Shown here one piece after another: positions 29,531 through 38,692 of a DNA stretch of 64,000 bases (within the stretch, counting starts at the first letter, position 1; each line of letters starts with the position of its first letter). The notes under the pieces were generated by a model, which was given only the letters and a program-made list of their open reading frames with translations, did no database searches and had not been told where the DNA came from. A program made the position numbers and the translations under genes. The DNA lies in assembly GCA_027622665.1 (NCBI GenBank), contig JAQBYT010000001.1, forward strand, positions 416,001 to 480,000, in the 5' to 3' direction. The DNA comes from Verrucomicrobiota bacterium (lineage in GTDB: Bacteria; Verrucomicrobiota; Verrucomicrobiia; Opitutales; Seribacteraceae).

Positions 29531-30970
29531 AACTATATCTCGGCTCGAGCCAACTACGAACGTCCCATGGAACGCCTTTCCACGGGACTCAAAATCAATC
29601 ATTCCCGCGATGACGTGGGGGCTTTGGGCAAGTCTGCCCTTCAGCGTATCGAAAACACAAAAGTCGGGACTTTGCGCACCAACCTGCAAAACGCCTTGAG
29701 TTATACCAAGACTCAAGACGGCGCTTTGGAGAAAGTCGGCCGAATTTACGAACGCATGGAGACTTTGGCGCTCAAGGCGATGGACGTTACCTTCGACGAT
29801 CGGTCCAGAAGTGATTTGAACGATGAATATCAAACGCTGGAGGAGCAACTCTCCGGTCTTTTGAAGCAAAAGTTCAACGGCATTTCCCTTTTTACCAAGG
29901 CGACCGGATGTACGGAACCCGAGGTGACGGAATTGGAGGCCAGCTTCGATGCGGGACTTAATGAAACATTACCCCCAACTATTCCTGCCGTTGGGGTTAA
30001 AACGCAGGCAAACCCCGATCGATGGATCGCCACGCAGGATGTCGATACTACCGATGGAACCCTTACCTTGGACGTGAATGGAGGAAGAGCTTCCGAAAGG
30101 TATATCGTCAAGCAAGGGACGACCACGATCTTTGACACGGGTTGGTGGGCGACCAATGGTTCCGCTTATACTCATGACTTAGATCGATTTGTAATCGACT
30201 TCGGCAAGGGCAAGCCAACCACGTTCGAGTTTGTTCCTCGGGATACAGGTAATTCTACTACTGACAATACCCCTGACGGAGCTTTCAACAATGAGAGCTT
30301 TAACCTTAAAGGCGGCGGTGGCCCTTCTGGCTACTTGTTGCAACTGGGAGAAGGCTCGACGGCAGGTCTTCTTGGGAAAAAATATACAACAAGCGGTGGA
30401 CCGGTGACTCAAGGTCAGGTTGCGATAACACCGGCCCCGGGCGACAGTACGGAACTGACGATTGAGGTTCAATCCACGAGCTTGTTTCAAGCGGCTGCAG
30501 ACTTCAAAGGTGTCAAAATAATAGAGCCCGTGGAAGTTCCGGCATTAGAGGTCGTTGTCAACGAAGCTGGAGATATCGCGCGTTTCGAAGCCTTGGGGTT
30601 CAGTCGTCTATCCGGTACCGATATTACTACACGAGATAATGCGCAAGCAGTGCTTGAGCGTCTTCTCGGAGAGAACGGCGAAGCTACCGAGCACGGAGAA
30701 GTTCATTGCTTGGTGAATGGCCAAAGAGGTGAAATCGCCAAGAGTATGCGTCGTATGGAGTTGGAAATCGAAAGACTCGAAAACAAAACGATCAGCGGTG
30801 AAAAAACGCTTGGCCGCATAGAAGATGCCCACATGGCCAAAGAAGCGACCAAGTTTGCCAAGCAGTCTCTCAAGATGGAACTGGCCGCAAACATAATGTC
30901 TCGTGTAACTAGACTAACAGACGTGCTTTTGCCCTTGGTCACCCAACGAGTAGGTGGTCCCGGCTTGTAA
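29492..30970 (+). CDS. Atypical flagellin-like protein A with a beta-rich central insert
   Basis: Flagellin N-domain (ERLSTGLKINHSRDD, NLQNALSYTKTQDGAL, KFNGISLF) and C-domain (GRIEDAHMAKEATKF). Confidence 0.85.
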   Translation: MQLTNYGFIESRGNYISARANYERPMERLSTGLKINHSRDDVGALGKSALQRIENTKVGTLRTNLQNALSYTKTQDGALEKVGRIYERMETLALKAMDVTFDDRSRSDLNDEYQTLEEQLSGLLKQKFNGISLFTKATGCTEPEVTELEASFDAGLNETLPPTIPAVGVKTQANPDRWIATQDVDTTDGTLTLDVNGGRASERYIVKQGTTTIFDTGWWATNGSAYTHDLDRFVIDFGKGKPTTFEFVPRDTGNSTTDNTPDGAFNNESFNLKGGGGPSGYLLQLGEGSTAGLLGKKYTTSGGPVTQGQVAITPAPGDSTELTIEVQSTSLFQAAADFKGVKIIEPVEVPALEVVVNEAGDIARFEALGFSRLSGTDITTRDNAQAVLERLLGENGEATEHGEVHCLVNGQRGEIAKSMRRMELEIERLENKTISGEKTLGRIEDAHMAKEATKFAKQSLKMELAANIMSRVTRLTDVLLPLVTQRVGGPGL

Positions 30971-31192
30971 ATAATATTCAGGAAATAGGAGCCGAAGCAG
31001 TATTTCCGGCGAAGTCGTGAGTCGGTTTTGAAATTGTCCGCATATGAGATATAGCCAGTCGAACTTAGCTCGCACTGCCCACCAAGCTGCTTGTTAAGCC
31101 ATACATACTAACCAATAATCTTTAACAAAGAAATCAGTTTATTAGAAATAGGTTTAGCGAGGAACGAACCTTCTACCCAAAGGATATGAACG

Positions 31193-32458
31193 ATGATTAG
31201 TGACCAAATCAACATGCATATTGCCAGAGAGTTGGGAACTTTGGATCGTGAGCATCGAGTTCACGTGAAGAAGCTTTCAACTGGCAAGCGCATACTTGCG
31301 CCCGGAGACGATGCGGGTGGCTACTCCTTGGCCGTGAAGCATGGAAGTGCCGCAAGGCGAACCCAAGCGATGCTGACCAATCTGCAAAACGTCCTTTCCT
31401 ACGCCCAAACCCAAGACGGAGTTTTGACTAGCGTTGGAAAGGTTTACAAGCGAATGGACGAACTTACCGCTATGGCGATGGATCCGACTAAAACCGATTC
31501 CGACCGTGCTTTATATAACAAGGAATTCCAAGAGTTGCGCGACATGGCAGTTCGGGCGAACGGTGAGGATTTCAACGGACTTCGCCTTTTCCGAGGGAAG
31601 CTATATGAGCTTGTTGACAAGGGGATGAAAATCAATTGGACCGACTCGAAGGCAGAGGTCGATGCACTGGACGCCGGAGATGCAAACAACACCTATTACT
31701 TGGCAACCATTACCTCTGAAACCGAGCAAGCGGAGGTTGGCCTACAGATCGGAGACGTCGGCATCAATGCTTGGCTCGGAGGAAATGATACTGCTGTTGA
31801 AGGGGAATGGAGGTGGACCGAAGGTCCCGAAGGCTTGGAGGATGGAGGCCAAGGCAGGCAGTTTTGGCAGGGCCAATCCAATGGCTCTGGCGTAAACGGT
31901 TCCTTTGAAAATTGGGGCGGCCGAGAACCAAATGATTCTGGGAACGAGGACTACCTTCAAATTAGCCAAGCTTCTAACCCCGTTGCCTCTTGGAACGATT
32001 TGCCTGATACGAATACAGCGGGATCAACATATCAACCGAACGGTTATGTCTTGGAGGTTGACCAAGGAGACCTGAAGGTCGGGAAGGATCGAAACGGAGA
32101 TACCTTTGAGCTCAAGAACGTTGATTTCCAAAAGTATCTAAGTGAGACGGTATTATCTATCGATACCATGGCGAATGCTCAGGCTGCCACAGTTGCGATG
32201 AAGGGAGTTATAGAAAACATAGCCACCGCCAGAGCAATTGTGGGAGCAAACTTGTCTAGGGTTTCCGGAGAGATAGAAAACCTTCGCAGGCTTGGAAATT
32301 CGTATGAGTCAGCTCTTTCTAGGGTGGAGGACCTTGACATGGCTTTGGAAAGTGGTCGTATGTCAAGAAAAGCGGTCAAGCTGCAGAGTTCCTCCGCATA
32401 TCTTGCTCAGGCAAATCAAATTATGAACCCCAATCTGATTCAGGTCTTGCTCGAATAA
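31193..32458 (+). CDS. Flagellin-like protein B with an internal C-type lectin domain
   Basis: KLSTGKRI..PGDDAGG, QTQDGVL, FNGLRLF; insert YLATITSETEQ, AWLGGND..EGEWRW, NWGGREPND, EDY, WNDL; C-domain RAIVGA, SRVEDLDMA.E, LAQANQ. Confidence 0.9.
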   Translation: MISDQINMHIARELGTLDREHRVHVKKLSTGKRILAPGDDAGGYSLAVKHGSAARRTQAMLTNLQNVLSYAQTQDGVLTSVGKVYKRMDELTAMAMDPTKTDSDRALYNKEFQELRDMAVRANGEDFNGLRLFRGKLYELVDKGMKINWTDSKAEVDALDAGDANNTYYLATITSETEQAEVGLQIGDVGINAWLGGNDTAVEGEWRWTEGPEGLEDGGQGRQFWQGQSNGSGVNGSFENWGGREPNDSGNEDYLQISQASNPVASWNDLPDTNTAGSTYQPNGYVLEVDQGDLKVGKDRNGDTFELKNVDFQKYLSETVLSIDTMANAQAATVAMKGVIENIATARAIVGANLSRVSGEIENLRRLGNSYESALSRVEDLDMALESGRMSRKAVKLQSSSAYLAQANQIMNPNLIQVLLE

Positions 32459-32550
32459 CAACAATTTCATTGGTTTTACGGGAATGGCAATAGCCCAAGG
32501 AAGGCCAAACTGGCAAATCCCGTAGTCCTAACGAACAGGAATCGTAACTT

Positions 32551-33813
32551 TCAATCGGGTCCATTCTTTTTCCCATTAACCGCGACAAGCAACCCTTTTG
32601 CATCTTGCCATCTTGCCATCTGGAAATCATAGCGGTTTTGTAAAATTAAGACTTCCTGCTCTCTCTTTTCCAGCAATTGAAAGCGAGGATTCAATTTGCT
32701 TTTGGAAGAGGCGGCCTTGGCAATTGTCACAAGTCTGGCCCGTACTTCGTTTCTACTTTTTAAGGTTTCAGAATAACCGTCCTTTAGGGAAGTAATGACC
32801 ACAGTCAGCTCCGTTCCCAATTTTTGCATCGCTTGTGCAATCTGGTGATCCAGTTCTTCTCGGATGGCTTTGTTTTTTGCTTTTGGCGAATTTCGAAACT
32901 CCCTCAACTGCTTGATGGTGTCGGAGAAATCGGCAAGATTCCCCTTGTTGGAAAGGATTGCTAAAGCCGCCAGATCTTCTGAGGAAGCACCTTTTTCACG
33001 GGCTTCTTTTAAGGTCGAAAACACATCGACATGCTCGGCTAGCTCTTTTTCGCACTGATCTCGCTCTGCACGAAGTGAGATTTCTTCCACTGTTGCAATG
33101 GGCTTTGCCGACTGTCTCTGCTGGATCTGTCGCCGAAGCTCCTCGATTTCCTTTTCTTTTCGCTGGAGGGAGAACGCCAATTCGGTGACTACCGGCAATA
33201 AGTGAGCCTGTGCAGATTCTTTCTCAAGGATTTGGGCATGTGCTCGAAAAATGAGTTGACTCAATAACTTTGCCGCTTCGGGAGTTTTGCCGCGACTCGA
33301 AATCTCTATGATCTCCGAACCATTTGAATCCTTTTGGGCTATTGAAAAAAGTGATCTGGTAAGTGCATCGTTTCCCAGGGCGATGGATTGATTCGAGAAG
33401 GGACCCAGTATCATCTTCTGGGCGTTAGCACTGGATTCAATCATTTGGGTGAGGTGCTGCAGGAAAAGCTTTCCGTCTAGTACCCGCCGATGCATGTCCA
33501 ATGCCTCCTGAGGAGTCACGCCCTTTTTCCCCGAAGTTTTTTTTGCACGATATAGAAGTTTTGCGGTCGACATCTCTTGTCGCAGCAAGAGCGTCGAGGG
33601 ACGCCGTTTGTCGGGATAAAGGTTTTTTTTTGTCAAAATGTCTTCACCGTAAGCAGAATTGGAGCGATTCTCGTCGTTACTTAAATTAAGCGAACCACTA
33701 GTCTGGCGGACGCTTTGAGTTATCTTTTCGTTTTCTGATTTCGTTTGGACCATCCCAGCCCAGAAGAGCAGCACAGTTATCAAAATGAAAGCAAAGCTTA
33801 GGGCAGTTTTCAC
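32551..33813 (-). CDS. Membrane-anchored coiled-coil protein with weak Wzz/GumC-like segment
   Basis: N-terminal TM/signal; SEIIEISSRGKTPEAAKLLSQ followed by long coiled coil. Confidence 0.65.
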   Translation of the reverse strand: MKTALSFAFILITVLLFWAGMVQTKSENEKITQSVRQTSGSLNLSNDENRSNSAYGEDILTKKNLYPDKRRPSTLLLRQEMSTAKLLYRAKKTSGKKGVTPQEALDMHRRVLDGKLFLQHLTQMIESSANAQKMILGPFSNQSIALGNDALTRSLFSIAQKDSNGSEIIEISSRGKTPEAAKLLSQLIFRAHAQILEKESAQAHLLPVVTELAFSLQRKEKEIEELRRQIQQRQSAKPIATVEEISLRAERDQCEKELAEHVDVFSTLKEAREKGASSEDLAALAILSNKGNLADFSDTIKQLREFRNSPKAKNKAIREELDHQIAQAMQKLGTELTVVITSLKDGYSETLKSRNEVRARLVTIAKAASSKSKLNPRFQLLEKREQEVLILQNRYDFQMARWQDAKGLLVAVNGKKNGPD

Positions 33814-34031
33814 AAAATCAGATTACTTCGAGAAGTGACTTTTCGCCAAGTAGATTTTTCCTGCATGTCGGGAACCGAGTTAGGACGAGTTACCTCAACA
33901 GCGCGAACCATGTAACATGGCAATTCGGGGGGGGCGGAATTTTGAGGTTTTAGCATAAGAAATAAACAATATTGTATGATTGACTCCCTCGAGGGTGTTG
34001 GGAGTAAATGGAGATTGCTGTTTAAAAGTAC

Positions 34032-34568
34032 ATGCTGATGAGTGATACCGTATCGGTCGAGTTTTCTCAACAACTTACGCAAATCCAGCGTAAGCTGTAC
34101 TCATACATACTCTCGCTTGTCCCTAATAGGACTGAAGCCCAAGACATATTGCAGGAGTCCAATTTCGTTCTTTGTCGCAAGGCCGAGGAATATGACAAGG
34201 ACCGGAATTTTCAGGCGTGGGCATTCCGAATTGCCCGCTATCAGGTCATGGCATTTTTAAAAACGCGGAAGAGAAGCAAGTTGATTTTTTCCGAAAATAT
34301 AGTGGAACTTTTGGCGGAAGAATTGGAAGATAACTCTCGATTTGATAAAATGAGAAAGGCTTTATCTTATTGCCTTGATGAATTAGGTGAAAGGAGCCGT
34401 GCGGTTGCCCGTCTTCGATTCGAGAAAAACTGCTCCCTTCTGGAAATTGCAGAAAAATTAGGGAGGCCGATGGGCACGGTTTCGGCTACTCTTTACAGGG
34501 TTCGTGTTGCGCTTGCCCAATGCGTACGCAATAAAGTGGCTGAGGAAGAGGCTGCGGAACTTTCATAA
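34032..34568 (+). CDS. ECF RNA polymerase sigma-70 factor (PVC-type)
   Basis: LYSYILSLV, AQDILQE, FQAWAFRIARY, EIAEKLGRPMGTV..LYRVR. Confidence 0.92.
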   Translation: MLMSDTVSVEFSQQLTQIQRKLYSYILSLVPNRTEAQDILQESNFVLCRKAEEYDKDRNFQAWAFRIARYQVMAFLKTRKRSKLIFSENIVELLAEELEDNSRFDKMRKALSYCLDELGERSRAVARLRFEKNCSLLEIAEKLGRPMGTVSATLYRVRVALAQCVRNKVAEEEAAELS

Positions 34569-34715
34569 GAAAAATAATAGATTCCAAGAGGCACGCCAAC
34601 AACGCCTTAGGGCTTCTTGTCCGCTAAAGTTTTAAAAAAATGCAAGATTTGGCGACTTTTGGCTAATTATACAATGAAGGACGCTATGTTCGGATAACCC
34701 TTATAGTCATTATTT

Positions 34716-35873
34716 ATGTCAAATACCTCTAACGCTTTTCAGGATTTGGATCGTATGGTCAGCCAGCTATTCGACGAGTCTTTGTCTCCGGCAGATAAGG
34801 AAATCCTTGAGAATGTAATTCGGGAGAATCCGGAAGCTCGTCGGCGTTATGCGGATCTCGTGACCTTGGAATCAATGCTCCATTGGGAATTCGCTGGAGT
34901 TGAATCTGATGTTAATACCTTGCGTGATACTATAATGGTCGATTTCTCTGCATGGTGGCGTCCGGCAATGGCTCTTGCCGCGTGTTTCGTCGCAACTCTG
35001 ATTGGTTGGTGGGTCATCGATACAGGTGTTCCTGTAGTGGATACTGAGCATGAAATAGTATCTCTACCGCTGTCGCATTCTAGCGTCATTACCGAGACTA
35101 TCAAATCTCCCGAGGGTCGACAATCTTCTTTGGACATGGGCAACCTCGTTGTTACCAATGAACCAAATACAATTGTATTTGGTTCCGAAAGTAGCAAAGT
35201 GCTGATCTCGTCCATCAAACCGTCTTCGACTGTGAACTTGGCCCGACAGGATCGAGAAGCTTTACTTGATGCAGCCTATGGCCTTGAAATTTTGGAGAGC
35301 GGACAAGGTTTTGGTGAAGGTGGTTATGTAGAAGTTAAGGAAAATGTTAGCGCATGGCGGACCGAGGATGCCTTGAGGGTGGGTGCAGAATTCGGAGTCC
35401 AACCCTATCAAGGTGGTAATATGCTCCGGTTTTCTCGAATGGAAGTGGATGTGTTTGGAAAAAAAGCCGAGGTGTCCGAACTGGTCAGCGTGCTCGATGT
35501 CCGCTCGCATGGAGCAAATTTTTTGAATGGTAAGGCTGTCGTGAAATCTTCCGTTTGTTTCAATCAAGGGGTCGGCATTGCCGATGGAAGTACGTCTTTT
35601 GCTCTTGGTCTTCATGCGATCAATCGTGAAGGTCGGGTTAGCGTTGCTATCGCCAAGAAAGAAACGAGCGTTACGAGTGATGTGAATCCCGAAACATGGG
35701 AGCGGGTCGAAAGTGAGATTGAACTGCCAGAAGGAACCCATTTTGTTGTAGTTTCGCTTTCTGCTCACAAAGAGGGCTCTCAGGCCCTGCTGCCTGATTT
35801 GAGTGGGCACTATGCCGATGGATTGGAAATTGCCATGGTGGTGGATGGTCGCCCCGTCTACAGTCGCCTCTAG
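34716..35873 (+). CDS. Putative membrane anti-sigma factor
   Basis: Directly after the ECF gene; N-terminal LE..IRENPEARRRY helix, single TM (ALAACFVATLIGWW), C-terminal jelly-roll-like domain. Confidence 0.7.
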   Translation: MSNTSNAFQDLDRMVSQLFDESLSPADKEILENVIRENPEARRRYADLVTLESMLHWEFAGVESDVNTLRDTIMVDFSAWWRPAMALAACFVATLIGWWVIDTGVPVVDTEHEIVSLPLSHSSVITETIKSPEGRQSSLDMGNLVVTNEPNTIVFGSESSKVLISSIKPSSTVNLARQDREALLDAAYGLEILESGQGFGEGGYVEVKENVSAWRTEDALRVGAEFGVQPYQGGNMLRFSRMEVDVFGKKAEVSELVSVLDVRSHGANFLNGKAVVKSSVCFNQGVGIADGSTSFALGLHAINREGRVSVAIAKKETSVTSDVNPETWERVESEIELPEGTHFVVVSLSAHKEGSQALLPDLSGHYADGLEIAMVVDGRPVYSRL

Positions 35874-35991
35874 TCAATATTTGCTTAGGGGGGCGGCGAG
35901 GATCTCTTTCCGCACTGTCATCTTCCCCGGGAACAGGCTTTGGTCTTTGTTAGGCGTTGACGATGCTGTAGTTTAGAGAAAGGAATGGCTG

Positions 35992-37227
35992 ATGAACTGT
36001 AGACTTGTTTTTTGCGCGGTATCTCTGTCCCTCAACTTCTTTCCATGCCTGGCCGATGATTGGCCGGGCTTTGGGGGAATTCGAAGAGACGGTGCGTCTA
36101 CTGAAAAAGGGCTACGGCTAGATTGGGGAGATGATGAGCCTCAACTCCTCTGGAAAGCCAAGGTCGGAGCAGGATACTCTTCCGTTGTCGACGTTGCAGG
36201 GCTTGCCTACACGGTTGGCAACGCCAATGGGAAAAACACCATATTTTGCTTCGAGGTGAATTCAGGTGAAAAGAAATGGACCCATTCCTTCCCGTGCGAA
36301 AAGGCACCTAAGTATTTTGACGGAGGTTCGCGCGCAACTCCTGCTGTCGCCGAGGGCATTCTGTATCTGGCCAGTCACGAAGGAGCATTTTTTGCGTTCG
36401 AGGCCAAGACGGGTAAGGTTTTGTGGAGTAAGAATCTAATAGAAGACTTTAATGGCCGGAGGCCTACTTGGGGGTTTTCGGGGTCACCTTTGGTTTCTGA
36501 TGGCAAGGTGATCGTCGATACGGGGTCCAAGGATGGCGCTCTTGTTGCCATGAATGCAAAGACTGGAGACTTGGTTTGGAGAGGCGGAACTGATGAAGCG
36601 GGCTATGCTTCACCTATGCTTCGAGCAAATAAGCCCAGTGAAGTTCTTCTTTTTAACCGTTTCGGGTTATGCTCCTTTCTGCTTGCCGACGGCAAGCCAC
36701 TCTATCGCTTTCAACATAAGACTCGATATGGCATCAATGTGGCGCAACCGTTGGATACGGGTAATTCCATTCTGATCTCTTCTGCATACGGCAAAGGCTC
36801 AGCATTGGTAGACGTGAGCGGGCGAACCGCAAAGGCGGTGTGGGAAACCGAATCCTTTTCCAGCCAAATGGCCAGCATGATAAAAAAAGATAATTACGCC
36901 TATGGAATCCATGGGCAGACTGGGGCGAGGGCCAAATACGCAACCTTGTCCTGTCTGGATATTCGGAAAGGTTCGTCTCGATGGGAGCAAAAAGGTTTCG
37001 GTTTGGGGTCCGTCATTCTCGTGGGTGACACACTTGTTATTCTGAGCGATTCGGGCGAACTTGCGCTAGCCGAAGCGAATCCCGCCGGTTATATGGAAAA
37101 AGCTCGTTTTCAAGTGCTTGGAGGGAAGGACAGTTGGACGCCACCATCTTATTCCAACGGCAGGCTTTATTGCCGTAGCAGTCGAGGCGATGTTGTCTGC
37201 TTGGGGATGGCGGTAACCAACAAGTAA
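35992..37227 (+). CDS. Exported PQQ-like beta-propeller repeat protein
   Basis: Signal peptide, DWPGFGG..RDG, repeated A.D/N.KTG..(L/V)W blades, SWTPP..NGRLY. Confidence 0.88.
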   Translation: MNCRLVFCAVSLSLNFFPCLADDWPGFGGIRRDGASTEKGLRLDWGDDEPQLLWKAKVGAGYSSVVDVAGLAYTVGNANGKNTIFCFEVNSGEKKWTHSFPCEKAPKYFDGGSRATPAVAEGILYLASHEGAFFAFEAKTGKVLWSKNLIEDFNGRRPTWGFSGSPLVSDGKVIVDTGSKDGALVAMNAKTGDLVWRGGTDEAGYASPMLRANKPSEVLLFNRFGLCSFLLADGKPLYRFQHKTRYGINVAQPLDTGNSILISSAYGKGSALVDVSGRTAKAVWETESFSSQMASMIKKDNYAYGIHGQTGARAKYATLSCLDIRKGSSRWEQKGFGLGSVILVGDTLVILSDSGELALAEANPAGYMEKARFQVLGGKDSWTPPSYSNGRLYCRSSRGDVVCLGMAVTNK

Positions 37228-37284
37228 ATAAGCCGCCGGCGCGGAACGGGTTCCAAATTGTTCGGAACGCTCGTCAGCCGGAAA

Positions 37285-38589
37285 CTATTTTACGACGTGC
37301 ATGACGCCGCGCATGATTATGGAATGCCCGGGGAAAGTGCAGACGTAAGGGTAATCGCCCGGAGCTGGGGCAGTGAATTGTATCGTAGCCCTTTGGCCAT
37401 GTTCCAACATGGTTGAGCCCCAGAGGACTTTATCGGTGTCTGGTCGGAATTGCTTGGCGAAGCCCTCGGCTCCGAGTGCGATTGCGAGCGCCGCTACCTC
37501 GTCTGCCGTTCCGGGCTTCACGAAGATTAGGTTGTGCGGGGGATAATCGTCGTTCTTGAAGAGCACGGTTACTTTCTGCCCTGCGCGAACAGTGAATTTC
37601 TTTGTGTCATAGAGAAGCTTTTCCTTTATGCAGGCGATAGTAACTTTCGCTTCATCGCCGGCTTGAGGAGTTCTTGCGTTCACGAAACCGGCTCCTGCGA
37701 CCTGCATGGCTAGAGAGTAAAAACCGGTGCGGGCGGTGACGAATAGGGTTTTGCCGTCCGTACCACCGAAGCAAATGTTAGAAGGCTTTTCGGGGAACGC
37801 GAGGTCGGCGATTTCTTTGCCCTCAGGATTTAAAACCTTAACCGTACCCGAGGTGAGGTAGAGGTTGCCTTTATTATCCAACGTCATTCCGTCGGAACCC
37901 GATTCGGCAAACAGTTTTTTGTCCGAAAGCGTGCCTTCTTCTCCATCATCGATGGTATAGCGAAAGGTCTTTCCTTGTCCGGGGTCGGCCACGAAGAGAG
38001 TTTTGCCGTCTGGAGTGCCAATCACTCCATTGGGTCTCTTGAGGTCGGAAGCTACCCGAAAAACTTGGTCGCGGTAGGGAGTGATGTAAAAGAGGTATTC
38101 GCCATCCTGCGACAATTCCTTCCGTCCGTAGTTTGGGTCGGTAAAGAAGATTCCCCCGTTCGGGTGAATCCAGAGGTCGTTAGGTTTGTTGAAGGGTCGC
38201 CCGTCAAATTGATCTCCAACCAGCTCTTTTTCAGTTCCGTCTTCGAGATAGAAAGACATTACGCAGCGCTTTTCACCCAGACACGCATAGATATCACCTT
38301 CCTTGGAGAAGTAGAGTCCGTTTGCTCCACCCGAATTCTCGATAAAGGTGGAAAGCTTATTGTCGACCGCGCTCCATTTGTGAATGCGGTTGTTTGGAAT
38401 ATCAGTGAAATATACGTCGCCTTTTCCGTCGGCAGCCGGCCCTTCGGTGAACTTAAAGCCACCCGCAAGTTTCACTGGTTTGGAGTTGTCCGCAACCAGC
38501 CTTTCTGTTTTTGCAAGCAGGTCGTCGCTCTCGGCAAATTGCGAACACAGCACGACTGCAAGTGCAGCTTTGTATCGATGGAATTTCAT
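37285..38589 (-). CDS. SMP-30/gluconolactonase fused to C-terminal azurin/auracyanin-like cupredoxin
   Basis: FTEGPA, PNDL, FTDP, PNG, DGMTLD, PSNICFGG; then PHNLIFV and YVCTFPGHSIIM type-1 Cu ligands. Confidence 0.88.
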   Translation of the reverse strand: MKFHRYKAALAVVLCSQFAESDDLLAKTERLVADNSKPVKLAGGFKFTEGPAADGKGDVYFTDIPNNRIHKWSAVDNKLSTFIENSGGANGLYFSKEGDIYACLGEKRCVMSFYLEDGTEKELVGDQFDGRPFNKPNDLWIHPNGGIFFTDPNYGRKELSQDGEYLFYITPYRDQVFRVASDLKRPNGVIGTPDGKTLFVADPGQGKTFRYTIDDGEEGTLSDKKLFAESGSDGMTLDNKGNLYLTSGTVKVLNPEGKEIADLAFPEKPSNICFGGTDGKTLFVTARTGFYSLAMQVAGAGFVNARTPQAGDEAKVTIACIKEKLLYDTKKFTVRAGQKVTVLFKNDDYPPHNLIFVKPGTADEVAALAIALGAEGFAKQFRPDTDKVLWGSTMLEHGQRATIQFTAPAPGDYPYVCTFPGHSIIMRGVMHVVK

Positions 38590-38692
38590 ACTTGTGGATA
38601 TAAATTCGATGAATATTGCACTCAAGACATCCGCCTCTTGGCGAACGCTCTACTACAGGTAAATAGAGTTAAACTCGGAATTTATCCTCGAA

